Below are positions 52,007 through 64,000 of a stretch of DNA of 64,000 nucleotides, one piece after another (position 1 is the stretch's first letter; each line of letters opens with the position of its first letter). Where the stretch lies: contig NMRA01000103.1 in NCBI GenBank assembly GCA_002633005.1, positions 1-64,000 on the forward strand. The letters are read 5' to 3'. The DNA is from Phoronis australis (taxonomy: Eukaryota > Animalia > Phoronida). The notes beneath the pieces were generated by a model. That model had not been told where the DNA came from. It worked only from the letters and a program-made list of their open reading frames with translations, and ran no database searches. The translations under genes were made by a program, and so were the position numbers.

Positions 52007-52264
52007 GGCTGACGTCATCGAACGTGAAAATAGAATACTTAAATCAGCACGCGCAACAATCGCATGTTCAGCAAAGGGCATTGCACCGACATTTATACGC
52101 TATGAAAAATTAAACGCATAATTTCCATCAAAACGATATTTTAATTCAGTGAAATTTTTCTCTTGTGTTCTCTCACTTGTAAATCACCGATCTCCAATTT
52201 GAATGCGGGTATCGTGTCGTCAGGATCCTTTGACTTGAGCATTATACTCAGTTACTATTGGTAA

Positions 52265-53079
52265 GGGCTGTTCCAGTAAAATCCGTGTGGGAGGGGGGGG
52301 GACGGCAGTAGAAATAAAAATTCATGGGTGGTGGTCTTCAGAAAAAAACTCAAAATTATGGGTGGTCGTTCCTGTAAGAAGAGATGCATTAAAAATGGGT
52401 GGTATTTTTTGACCTGTTAATGTCGATAGGTTGGTTACTTCAGCCGTAAAACTAAAAAAAAATGCAATTGTCCTAACTTATCCAAATACAAAAAAGCCCA
52501 TATTGCCAGTGAACAGAGTGCAATATGTTCACTAAGCCATTAATCAAGTCATGGGCAACTCGATTTGAGCCAACTGTTTGTCTGCAGTCCTATTGAATTG
52601 AAAAGTTATGCAACACTGAACTGGTGTTAACACATATAAGAAAATTGATGATTTTTAAATAAAAAGTATGAGGAGTAAGATAAACAAGTTCCAATATTCA
52701 CTTGACATAGAAGTATAGAAGAGTTCGTGGAGACAGTTTGAGATTCATAGATCCTTATAAATGAAAAAATGTTCATTGAAATTATAGACACATGGTGAAC
52801 AGAGACACCTGGTGGCTGCCAAAAGTATTGCTCACAGGCTACTTTAGTTTTTGACAATATTGGACAAGACAACTAGTTCTTGTCTGTCAGTCATCTAAGT
52901 TCTTAACAGGTCCTCCTGGAGGCAATTTGTTTGCAAGTGTTGGATTTTATATTTAAACCTATTAAAAATAATTAAAAAATTATGGGTCATGGGTTGGAGA
53001 AATAAATGAAAAATACGGGCGGTGGGTATGAAATAAAAGTGCCTTCCCCCCTCCCATACAGATTTTGCTGGAACAGCCC
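52265..53079. mobile_element. PIF/Harbinger-type (Tourist-like) MITE nested in the HINE
   Basis: ~30-bp TIRs GGGCTGTTCCAG.AAAATC.GT.TGGGAGGGGG; TAA TSD on both sides. Confidence 0.8.
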
Positions 53080-53849
53080 TAACCTACTTCAGCAGACGAT
53101 ATTTTCCCGGTCGAAGCTTAGCGTGATAAAATGTGTAGTAAGCTATATTAGTTGCTAAACCTTAATTTATAGATTTATTTTATTTCTATTTTGTTTAAAT
53201 TTTTCAATTGGTTTTGACTATAAGCATTATTTGACAAAAATAGCTCGGCTCTTATTAAAAGGTCACGACTTCCGACCCCGGGCCTCTGACATAGAAAGTA
53301 GTTACAAAGCCGAAGCGAGTCGAGAAAGGTAGATCGATTCATTGCAATGCTTCTCATTCAGTATGTGGTATAAATAGATTATTACATGTTCTCAGCCGGG
53401 GGATAACGACTTCGCCATGTAATAATCTATATGTCTGTAATAAAGTTTGGTAAGAACTAAGTGTAGGAGGTTTTTTTCAAAAAGACAACAAAATTGTTAA
53501 TAAAGTACAATAATAAATCCTCAGACACTACCAGTATTGTCATTAATATGTGACTACAGATACTACCCATACTGGATAAATAGCCAATAACTGCATGAAA
53601 CTCGTTTCTTAACCTAAGAAGTTAATGAAGGATTTCTAAAATACATAATTAGCAACTGGCTTTCTTCAGTTCCTAACTGGATTGGCAAAACACTTAAGCA
53701 CTACAGCAATATATTTGCATTTTTATATTTTATGCCCTAATGGCTCAGTCCAAGAATATCCCTGCTTGAAATGCCGCAGTGGTTCTTCTTAGAACTGGAT
53801 TAGCCTAAATAGTAGGGGTGTCAGGTAGCGAACCTCACCCATAACCCAC

Positions 53850-53960
53850 CGTCCAGCTTAGATGGGTCTGTAGCTGCCTGTTCCTCCTCCAAGTACTGCT
53901 TGAATCGCCGCAGATCCATAACTTCTTGGTACGTAGATTTCTCTTCAATACTGTCATCCC
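53850..53960 (-). CDS. SPICE1: SPICE1 exon
   Basis: GDDSIEEKSTYQEVMDLRRFKQYLEEEQ...; the donor gtgggt gives phase 1-1. Confidence 0.78.
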
Positions 53961-54150
53961 CTGTATCAAGCACACCAACAGTGTAAGCAAATAAATGTTA
54001 CGAGACCCTGTGCTAGTGTAAGCAAACGCACGTTATGGGGGCCCTGTGCTAGTTTAAAGGTATGGCATGGTTATCTCTAATTTTGTAATTTTCCAAGAGT
54101 TTCCTTTATCTATGGAAATTTCCGAGAGTTTTATACCTTTTTCTTTTTCA

Positions 54151-54830
54151 ATGAGTAGGACTGGAAACCATGTTACTGCAGACTGTCATGTCCTGTTATT
54201 CTACGTGTATGTATACGATTGTTCCCCGCCTGACAAGAAGATTAGTTACAATGTAATTCTTGCACCAGATGTCATTCAGACTATTCTTGCACCGCCTTTT
54301 TCTAACGTCATTCCAAAAACATTTATGGAGGAGAAATTTCATACGGGTAATGTACATGCATTTAGTTATTTGACGTGATTTGGCTGGACTTGAGGCGATA
54401 TCGGCGCAAGTACTCCTGTTTCTTGATACACAATAGTTTATTTACATTTTGTTAATTTTCCCCTGTTCTGTCAGCATATTTAACTTTTTGAACACTTTCT
54501 ATTGTATGCCCTTTGCCCGTCGCCATTTTCCTGGGCATTGTCTGGGGGGCTTTGGCTTCTTATCTCCATGGCATTGTATTATGCAACATGTAACTTTGAA
54601 CACAGTTTATTTCTACTTAAACTGCTGAAAATAAAGGAGTAAATCCCCTGTTTTACTCCAACAGATCATGTTTAACCTTCCTGTGCTATTAGTCACTTGC
54701 AGGGGTACAACATTTTGAGAACCAGTTTTCTCCACTGAATAACAGGAGCCAAACTGATTCTCAAAATGCGAGACCCATGCAAGTGACTATTTCCGCAGGA
54801 AGGTTCGACATGATTTCCGGCCCTACTCAT
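54151..54830. mobile_element. Possible TIR element
   Basis: Inverted ends ATGAGTAGGACTGGAAACCATG / CATGATTTCCGGCCCTACTCAT; no clear TSD. Confidence 0.4.
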
Positions 54831-55260
54831 GGAAGATGTATAAGATGACAGAAATACTTTCAAACTGGTTGTCAAAATGCTGACCCATGTATTTATCTAA
54901 TGCCTTTGCAGCAATTGCTGAATTTTTAAGTCTTCCTCCATAAAAAAGCTGACCAGAGGAGATAACAAACTACCAGGTCTTCTTCTGAAGCCTTGAAATG
55001 ACTTATAAACTGAGTATGGGATACAGTGAGACCACTGTCATAATCATGACAACTGACCTACTAAATCAAGGGTAGATTTTACGACAGGAAGCACAGCTAC
55101 ACCACCTTTAAAGTCCTCCTTGCAAACTGCCCATGTGGTTTCAGAAAACACTTACTACATAAATTCTTATTTTCGACACCCTTTCTTTATATTCTTTTCG
55201 CCTTTCTTGCCAAAAGCGATTTTTTAACAGTATTTGACCCTTCTCTCTGAGCGTATAATT

Positions 55261-55760
55261 CAGGGCTTGGAATGACCAATGACAAAAAACGCGGAAACTT
55301 TTACGGCCCAAATCATGCGCGCGCTACTCAGCCTTGAAATGGTCGAAGAGAACCTTTCCCCGACAAAAGTCGGGACTAAAAAAAAAAAACGTTACCACCA
55401 TCAGTAGCATGCGTCTGCGTCCTTTTAGGTCGCCCGTCCACTCCCAATCCACACACTTTTGGCTGCAGAGCCGTAGTATTTGTCGCCGCGGTTTACAATA
55501 ACACGAGACGCTATTGAAAATCCCACCACGCTATCCCAGATGCCCCGGCAATGTTGACAATTTACGTTCCTCCGAAACGTAAAGAGCAACTTCCGCTTTT
55601 CGAGGTGAACGTCGTCTGCAACGCCGCAGTAAGAAAAGACTTTGCCGCGGAAATTTTATATCAAATCCGATTTTTTTTACGCGGAAATATAATAAAATGC
55701 GCGGAAAGAACATTTGAAAAAAGCGGAAATCCGCGTTTCCGCGGAAAATTCCAAGCCCTG
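55261..55760. mobile_element. CAGGGCTTGGAAT MITE, copy 1
   Basis: TIRs CAGGGCTTGGAAT / ATTCCAAGCCCTG; near-identical to 56337-56848. Confidence 0.85.
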
Positions 55761-56336
55761 ATGATTACCGGTTGTCATCGGTTATTTCCGTACCCACATT
55801 TCCGGCTCATCAGTTTAGGAACTTGTCCTGAACGCCGCCATTTTTTCCTTGTAACTGAATGTGCTATGGCTTGCTCGAAAAGTCTTCATTATTTTGTTTT
55901 ATTAGTAATATATCGTGATTCGTTTGCATATGTAGTGTACTAATAGTTTGTAGTTAGTGGTCGTTTTTTTGGAATGTTACGCGTACTTTGTATGTTAAAA
56001 TAGCATTGGTGTTTAGTTCCTTACGTAGGCGGGTCGAACCTAGGAACCAATATGGGTTGAACCAATTTTTCATCAGTTTCATTTTTTCCTCGTTTTGAAA
56101 AAGTACTTTGCTATCATCGGAAAGGTAGAACATTCTACTCAGTAAAAATCGAAAAAGTATCAAAATCGGGGCAAGCACTGTAAAGTTATTGCAAGTTTTG
56201 TGGCGAAATTTGGGTCACTTTGTTTGGATCGCGTCGGCCATATTGGGGGACAGCAGGATGAGTTACGAGTTTAAAACTGTGTAAATTGTTTTCGCCAACA
56301 AATTACGGTGAAATTTAGTTAGACATATCTTTACTA

Positions 56337-56848
56337 CAGGGCTTGGAATGCCCAATGACAAAAAACGCGGAAACTTTTACGGCCCAAAATGGCCAAATCA
56401 TGCGCGCTACCCAGCCTTGAAATGGTCGATGCGATGTGAACCTTTCACCGACAAAAATCGGGAGGACCAAAAAAAAAACGTTACCACCAACAGTAGCATT
56501 AGTCTGCGCCGTTTTAGCTCGTCCATCCACTCCCAACCCACCCATTTTTGGCTGCAGAGCCGTAGTATTTGTCGCCGCGGTTTACAATAACACGAGACGC
56601 CATTGAAAATCCCACCACGCTATCCCAGATGCCCCGGCAATGTTGACAATTTACGTTCCTCCGAAACATAAAGAGCAACTTCCACTTTTCGAGGTGAACG
56701 TTGTCTGCAACGCCGCGGTAAGAAAGGAATTTGCCGCGGTAATTTTATATCAAATCCGATTTTTTTACACGGAAATATAATAAAATGCGCGGACAGAACA
56801 TTTGAAAAAAGCGGAAATTCGCGTTTCCGCGGAAAATTCCAAGCCCTG
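56337..56848. mobile_element. CAGGGCTTGGAAT MITE, copy 2 (truncated third copy at 43715-43820)
   Basis: Same TIRs and internal GCGGAAA repeats. Confidence 0.85.
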
Positions 56849-56952
56849 AGTGTTATATTTCATCTGTTTTTGTCCTGTGATTATGCCATATCTACCATGA
56901 AGCCAGACGAACTCCAAGAAAATGTCAATCGTTTCAAACTACCAAACACTAC

Positions 56953-57065
56953 CTGCACTAGAATCCGTCTCCACATCATTAAGAGCAGTCTTGTCTTGCA
57001 CAGATTCGTTAAGCAGATCCAGTTTGGTCGGACCATCAGTGATTGAAGGCACCAGGGCATCTAAT
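56953..57065 (-). CDS. SPICE1: SPICE1 exon
   Basis: ...LDLLNESVQDKTALNDVETD resembles SIFNESVIEPQALNDVDGE; phase 2-1. Confidence 0.88.
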
Positions 57066-57572
57066 CTATAAGTAAACAAAAGTAAAGGCTGATGGTTGCT
57101 GCAGGTAACAGATACACTGTAACAGCACATTTATCAGGCACTCCATGGCTCATTTCTAGGGCCCATTATTGACCTCATTCCTCCCTGAAAAAATTTAATA
57201 ACCACATGAAATCCCCCTCACCAGGCCCAAAATTCTCATTTAATGATCAAAATATAACCATCAAAAAATCCCCTTGATGTTACAATTAGTTTCATTTCAC
57301 AATCAGTAGCAGGTTATATTAACTGCAGGAGTCAATACTTCTCAGCCATGCATTATAGCTTCAATGCACCAACGGAATTTGGATTAGTTTACTTCAAGGA
57401 CAGGGGTGATCACATAGTATATTGAAGAAGAAATCCAGCAATGCTGACTATACGGTACCCATTTAGGTTTCCCATTGTTGCAGAAAACTCCCCCATCAGA
57501 AGACACAGGCAATTTACAGCTCATCTCAGCGCAGCCTACATACAGTATGCAGTGTTTCCCCTGGAGCATGGT

Positions 57573-58633
57573 CAGGGCTCAACGTTAACTTTTTAAGCTA
57601 CTTGCCCCCTTCGGTCAAGTAGCTGAAATTTTTATTTGCCCGAACAACAAACTCACTTGCCCTAAGTACAATTTCAAACAGCACCTACATGTGCACACTT
57701 AGGTAATGTGTTACCGCAGGGCTGTCTGTGCTGAGCCTCCTCTAGTGCTGTGCATGCTAAATGCTTGAGTAGCTATTAACAATTCTTCTTCTAACAATGG
57801 TCATCGGTACCTTGTATTAGTTTAAAATCAAATTTTAACATAATTATAATAATGCCACATCTACATTTATTTTCAATACATAATTACATTTTTGAAAAAA
57901 AGACCGAAAAAAGTCATCCTTCACAGCGACAATCCTGAAGACCGTATTCCTCTTCTTTTGGAGTCGCCACCGGGAGCTGGGAATTCATAAGAATTTTCCT
58001 TTGGAATTCGCCCCAAATAATTACACGGCCTTTAAAACTGTGTAGTGTAGAAAATAACATGTGCTTTTGCGTTTAGATGAATGACTTGCATCTGCCGACG
58101 AACGCAGTGCTTCCCACTGCACTTGGGAAACGTCAGCAAAAATCACACGTCATCCCTTGTTCACTGTCTCGCAGGTCAAGAAACCTAATTTCCCACGACG
58201 GAACTCACCCCCGCACTTTTTTCTACTCATATTGTTGCTTTGATTCTTCCTGAGGTCATTTTTTAGCAACTAAACCAAGGGCAAGGACATTTTGCCAGAG
58301 TGCAGATGATCAGTAGCATCATTTGACAACTTATTCAGAAACTGCAGGGCACGTTCAGAGAATCGAAAGGATTTGACCACGGGCATCATTTGTGTACGCA
58401 GCATCACACAATTTTCCTGACGATGCTCATTCGAAGACGGGAGTTTCTTTGATGGCCACCAGGAGTTTTTCAACGGTATTTAGGTTTATGTCGAGGTTCG
58501 TTACTTTGGAGCAAGTGTCGAACAGACAATCTTAGTATCTACTTGCCTATGCGGTTAGTACAGGCAGGTACTTTTCAAATTCCACTTGCCCGACGCAACC
58601 TACATGTCGGGCAACCCTTAGTGTTGAGCCCTG
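57573..58633 (-). mobile_element. Uninterrupted inverted copy of the same hAT element
   Basis: Same TIRs and reverse-complement internal sequence; degenerate 8-bp TSD AGCATGGT/AGCGTGAT. Confidence 0.8.
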
Positions 58634-58781
58634 AGCGTGATGGTGAATGACCCCAGTGTAAGCGGAGCCCCATGCAGTAATGAAGTGTCATTATGTGAGC
58701 TCAGTGTATCATTGTAATGTACTTTAATTAGCAACTCAAGTGGAACAGGGCTTCAGATCACACATAAACATTGAATTCTCT

Positions 58782-59028
58782 GGCTCTAGGCATGTACATG
58801 GGCTCTAGCCATGTACATGGGCTCTAGCCATGTACATGGGCTCTAGCCATGTACATGGGCTCTAGCCATGTACATGGGCTCTAGCCATGTACATGGGCTC
58901 TAGGCATGTACATGGGCTCTAGCCATGTACATGGGCTCTAGCCATGTACATGGGCTCTAGCCATGTACATGGGCTCTAGCCATGTACATGGGCTCTAGCC
59001 ATGTACATGGGCTCTAGCCATGTACATG
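58782..59028. repeat. 19-bp palindromic minisatellite x13
   Basis: Unit GGCTCTAGCCATGTACATG. Confidence 0.95.
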
Positions 59029-59519
59029 GTACAAGGAATAGTTGAACTTATTTAGATCTAATTAACTAACTTGTATAATGAAACATCCATTGGTATCATT
59101 TATTGTATTCTTGCTCAACATAAATTAGTTGGATCGCCGTTAGCCGGCAAATCAGACGATAGGCATTCCATGCACAGGACTGCTGAGATATCTGGTTTAT
59201 GATTCATTAAACTATTGAGAGTTTGTGCAACATAAATCACATTGTTGTACTACCTCTTTCGTAAACGTGAACACAATAAAATCGACCATTGCACCACCCA
59301 TTTCATTAGTGTTCCCTGGCACTTCACCATTTTAGAAATTCAAGTAATGTCAAAGTCGATACCTGGTCCCCAACAGAATTCAAAATTAATGCTGTTCACT
59401 GTCGGATAACCAGGCAATACTTTATGTCGGTCACTAAGCAAAGACGAGGATGGAAGGGGATAACATGATTAAATTTAACAAAGGAAAAAGTTCAAAATCC
59501 AATTTTAATTATTGCCAGA

Positions 59520-59674
59520 CGTCATGCCAACAATCCATAATGTGACAGTGTCGTCATGCCAACAATCCATAATGTGACAGTGTCGTCATGCCAACAATCC
59601 ATAATGTGACAGTGTCGTCATGCCAACAATCCATAATGTGACAGTGTCGTCATGCCAACAATCCATAATGTGAC
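59520..59674. repeat. 32-bp minisatellite x~5
   Basis: Unit CGTCATGCCAACAATCCATAATGTGACAGTGT. Confidence 0.95.
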
Positions 59675-60489
59675 GGTGGCACAAGTTACCTGTAAGTTGT
59701 AGTAAAGGTTCTCAAACACAAGCAAAAGGTCTTCTTATCCATTTAGCTTTCGTCCACCAAGGGCGAAGGACTTCGCACATGCGTAGACAGTACCCGCATG
59801 TAGAAATGAGGCAACACAATGCAACGTCCGTTTATTGTGGGGTTACCACATTTGATCTGGATATCTTCCCTGATTTTTATGGGAATATCTCTATTGCCAC
59901 AGTCAATAATGTTCACAGACTCCTAGTCAGTCTCATGGTCAAATTTGTGAGCAACTGATCATGGTCTGATATTCCCAGAAAAGGATGCTGTCCAGATCAA
60001 GATAGGTAACACTACTATAAACAGGGACTTTGGCATTGAGTTCCAAATGGATGCTATCTGCGCTTGTGCCAACTGTGTAGGAAGTCTGTGTCGTTCTGAC
60101 AAAGTCCTCTGCCCATGGTGGACGGATGCTAAATGGGCAAGAAGACCTTTACCTTGTGTCCGAGAATCTTTAGTTACAGTGTGTCACCAAGCTGGTGAAT
60201 TGTTTTGGATACCTGTAATTTGTGTCAGTCAGGGGTGACACAAAATATGTTAGCATATACAAACAGATGACAAGGAGAGAAACTGATAGTGACTGAGGAG
60301 GACACCTGGTGAGGAAGGGGAACACTCAGTTAATTGTTAGCTTATAATTTCAACACCTTGTTTTATTGTTTGTATTGCATTGTATTCAATATCACTTGCA
60401 TTTGTGAAAGCCTTCTTGGAAAGCAGTGATGTCACTGAAGACGTCACGTCCATTTTAAGTATGACAATAAATAAATACTAAGTGTCTAC

Positions 60490-60560
60490 CTGCGGCGGTC
60501 TGTTTCATCCTCCACAGACTTGTTAGGTGCTGTTGTGACAGTAGGTACAACTTGGTAACG
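60490..60560 (-). CDS. SPICE1: SPICE1 exon
   Basis: RYQVVPTVTTAPNKS... resembles GFPNVTVAP; phase 0-2. Confidence 0.8.
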
Positions 60561-60969
60561 CTGGAACAGCATCATCATCTTTATGCAACACAAACTACTT
60601 ATAGTATCCTTAGTATACTTATAGTTTTGGTTGTTAAACGGTCATGAAAAACTTTGTTGGAACAAATCACATCAAGAGAGTAATCCATGTCACATGATCA
60701 GAATAGCATTTGAATCTTGAAAATAATATTTTGTCTTCTGTGAACAAAACGGACTTATGCTTAGGGCTGTTCCAGTAAAATCTAAGGTTTCGTAACATTA
60801 ATTTTGTTAACATATAACTACAAAAACACCAATACCAAACAATTACCACTTGTGATCAGTAAATGTTGGACAGTGTCTCATACTCTTACAACACTAAAGA
60901 GCTGCATGTTGAATGTTTTTATGATCACATGCTGTCACAAAAATTTGAAGAAATTGAAATTAAACAGAC

Positions 60970-61041
60970 CATGGCATTGTCCCCAAACAGATCTTTCACC
61001 ACAGCCAGGGCTTTGTCCGTTCTCAGCAGTGTCTCTTCAAG
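60970..61041 (-). CDS. SPICE1: Spindle and centriole-associated protein 1, most 5' exon confidently found; 15-exon model 61041..28721, ~724 aa, N-terminus missing
   Basis: LEETLLRTDKALAVVKDLFGDNAM resembles human SPICE1 MQDVLEKSDHLIAAAKELF (recalled sequence); tag/gtctgt boundaries. Confidence 0.8.
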
Positions 61042-61168
61042 CTATAACAAAACATGCTTTACTGATATTTTATATTCAGCAAGTCATGTGACTGCCACAG
61101 TCTAAATAATACAAACAACTGCAAAACAAAGAGACTACAAATCCACAAACCAAATGCTTGCAAGATAG

Positions 61169-61682
61169 TTTGACCATATAAATGTCCACAAGGTACTTTG
61201 ACCCTATAATGTCCACAAGATACTTTGACCATATAAATGTCCAGATGATACTTTGACCATATAAATGTCCAGATGATACTTTGACCATATAAATGTCCAG
61301 ATGATACTTTGACTCTATATATGTCCAGATGATACTTTGACCATATAAATGTCCAGATGATACTTTGACCCTATATATGTCCAGATGATACTTTGACCAT
61401 ATAAATGTCCAGATGATAATTTGACCATATAAATGTCCAGATGATACTTTGACCATATAAATGTCCAGATGATACTTTGACCCTATATATGTCCAGATGA
61501 TACTTTGACCATATAAATGTCCACAAGTTACTATGACCATATGAATGTCCACAAGTTACTTTGACCATATAAATGCCGAAAAGATACTTTGACCATATAA
61601 ATGACCACACGGTACTATGACCATATAAATGTCCACAAGATACTATGACCATATAAATGTCCACAAGGTACTTTGACCATAT
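61169..61682. repeat. ~29-bp minisatellite
   Basis: TTTGACCATATAAATGTCCAGATGATAC and variants. Confidence 0.92.
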
Positions 61683-62258
61683 GAACAACGTCTGCAAAAC
61701 ATTTTCAACAATGTCCAGAAGACACTTTGACTATACAACCATATTATTTTAGACACACTGTAAACAATGTCCCAGCATTAACAACGCATCAAATTTCTGC
61801 AGTCGGTATTTTCTTTTACAAAACAACGATACATCCTTTTATGCCATACGCATTGAATCAGTTGATTGCAATATGGCCAAGTAATATAATCTGTTTTCAC
61901 CTCCTGCACTACTTCAAGAGTGCCCTCTGGTATGGAAAGTTTAAAAGGTAGGTCGACTCGATGTCGTTAGCTAGTTCGATCATCAAACTTTCCGAAAATA
62001 GTTTAAAGTAATACAGTTGCAGCAGTATAAATATCACTCGACATGCAATCAGGCCCTAAACGTAACATCTGGTACAAAACTATTAATTATGACACTTCTG
62101 TCTCAGTTTAAAATTGCTAAATATTATATCGTCTGCAACTTAGGCACCGATTGCTCAGTAACCACAGTATCAAATATTGTTCTTAATTAACTATTTTCAG
62201 GCAATGTTACAAGTTCAATGCTTAATTACTAGATAAAACTTAACCTAACGCACAGGTA

Positions 62259-62277
62259 CACACACGCGCGCGCGCGT

Positions 62278-62328
<51 letters not shown>
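62259..62328. repeat. (CA)n/(CG)n microsatellite
   Basis: Direct reading. Confidence 0.9.
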
Positions 62329-62331
<3 letters not shown>

Positions 62332-62540
62332 GATGTGATCTGCCACGGGTGAAGTATTTAAAAAATTTGCCGAAAAATGAAAGAAACTTAGGAATTCGAA
62401 GTAAATGGGATAAATACAAAACGTAACTCGATTGGGGTCTCGGTCGATACGCGGAATAATGTCTCATGGTATGTTACTTCACCTACGCCACTTTCCGTAC
62501 ATTTTGTGTTCATCTTTCAATTCAAATAGGTCACAATAAA

Positions 62541-64000
62541 CAGGGATATACTTAGCCACTCACTCAGTCGCCAATGTGAGTAAAAATGGCGCTGGGCGAG
62601 TAGAAATTGTCTTTCCGGTTGCCCAGGTGGCAAGCGAATTTTTAGAGCACAAAAGCAGTTTACAATTTCACAGATGAACATGAATAAATTTTCTCCTCCT
62701 TGTGCTGTTTTCATCATGAAAACAAAGGTTCAGTTTGGTCAGCGTTTCGATGCTCCGGCAGTAAAAAACATCAGCGCAGTGCACTCCTACCGATTCAGTA
62801 GATATCACCCCTTATGCGATTCATCTAGACAAGAGATCACAGTGGGTGGTCGTGCACAAAGGAATTTGTGGACTAGTCTGAATCGCAAAAAGGGGGGGGG
62901 GGAAACACGGAAGACCAGTCCATGTGCTCACAGCAAGTGAAATTGGGAATCTGAAAAACAGGGGCTGGGTGGTTAAAATCGAAATTTTTGAAAAGCATTG
63001 AGGTGTTCCTTACTGCACGGAGGACCGAGTTTACCCTCACAGAGCTACACTGACGTTGGACTTCAAGCATATCAGTTAAAAGATAGGTTTGGGGAATGAA
63101 GTAACGGACTTCCGACGGCCTGTAATGCACGATACAGTCTTGTGATCCGGAGCGTGATTGGGTTTTTACGTACCTCGGTGGCTGTTCGTCATGTCTTAGA
63201 ACTAAGGTATTCATACGGTCAGTAGAGCAAGTTACTTGAGAGAAAAGACAGATCAAGCAAGATTCTGCTAGTTCGCGGTGTACTTTTAAGGGAAGCACTT
63301 GATTTTGTAAAGATTTGCTTCCTGGTTGACACCTAGGCAACCAAACACCTGCTAATGATTGACAGATCTTCTAACTGATTACTTTGAACTTAGTTTGAAC
63401 AATGTAACATTTTATATACATTGTATATTTCTTTTTTAGTTCAAAGCCAAAACCGCGCTTTTTCAAAGCACGTGCTCAACAATCCGACGATATTACTATT
63501 ATGCATCGGGGTGCTGGATTGGCTGCCAAAACAATAAAGCAAACACACATGTAAAAAGTCACCGGGCAAATCAAAAGTTCAAAGAGTAAGTTTTTGACCA
63601 CGTGGATGTAGACAGAATGTTTGACTTAGCTTAACTACAAGTTAATTTCTTGTGCTGTTGCTTTAGGTTGGGCGCTTCCGTTTTGGTGTCAGAAGTGAGG
63701 AAGAGTGCAGTTTGTAATAAAACTACTTTTGTGTCAGATTTTATCTGGTCAGTCACATCGGTGCTGTATAGGCTGTAGTCTACATTACTACATTGCATGT
63801 AGTTTTGCGCCAAGGCAACGTCTTGCGTTGCAGGGAATTCATCGACTTCAAAAGTTTCTTAGTAGGAATTTATTTTCTAAAAATGATACTAGCCCTAATA
63901 GATGGTGACACCAAAGCATGAAACAATGCTTTTTATTGACATTGGCAGCAAGTGACGCAAACAGCTGGGCGACTGATCTTCGGGCTGGGCGAGTAGATTT
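62541..64000. mobile_element. Probable hAT-like element running off the window end
   Basis: CAGGGATATACTTAGCC start; the subterminal motif CTGGGCGAGTAGA recurs at ~62592 and ~63985. Confidence 0.45.

Larger units (their letters stand above)
51854..53432 (+). mobile_element. Second Helentron-type (HINE) family
   Basis: 5' subTIR TTTACACCACA and 3' subTIR TGTGGTATAAA (53364-53374), then a 15-bp stem ATAGATTATTACATG / CATGTAATAATCTAT at the 3' end. Confidence 0.65.

Noticed and set aside
61891-61916. Possible extra 5' SPICE1 micro-exon (xGTLEVVQE, resembling LSIMKE)
   Set aside because: Plausible AG/GT sites but too short and weak to support without transcripts.
62873-63340. 155-aa minus-strand ORF
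   Set aside because: Non-ATG start, no recognisable domain, and it lies in a probable hAT-like element.

Overview
AT-rich, intron-containing eukaryotic DNA from a draft scaffold with two N gaps; the repeats and genes suggest an invertebrate deuterostome such as a hemichordate (inference). Three spliced genes can be assembled by hand with consistent GT-AG phases. (1) A + strand type II membrane BRICHOS-domain precursor (6 coding exons, 7348-17086, ~350 aa) ending in a 4-Cys C-terminal peptide. (2) A + strand TCF24/TCF23-class bHLH gene (2 exons, 18903-26765, 130 aa). (3) A - strand SPICE1/CCDC52 orthologue (15 coding exons, 61041-28721, ~724 aa; its 5' end was not found and probably lies beyond the window). 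The introns are full of non-autonomous transposons: Helentron/DINE-1-type elements, MITEs with 5-bp TSDs, and hAT, Kolobok-type and Harbinger-type MITEs. There is also a Penelope-like inverted repeat carrying two minimal hammerhead motifs, plus many minisatellites. The most striking signal is a Helentron-type family whose central ~150-bp tandem monomers each carry one near-consensus CTCF motif, giving dozens of co-oriented sites at roughly nucleosome spacing.
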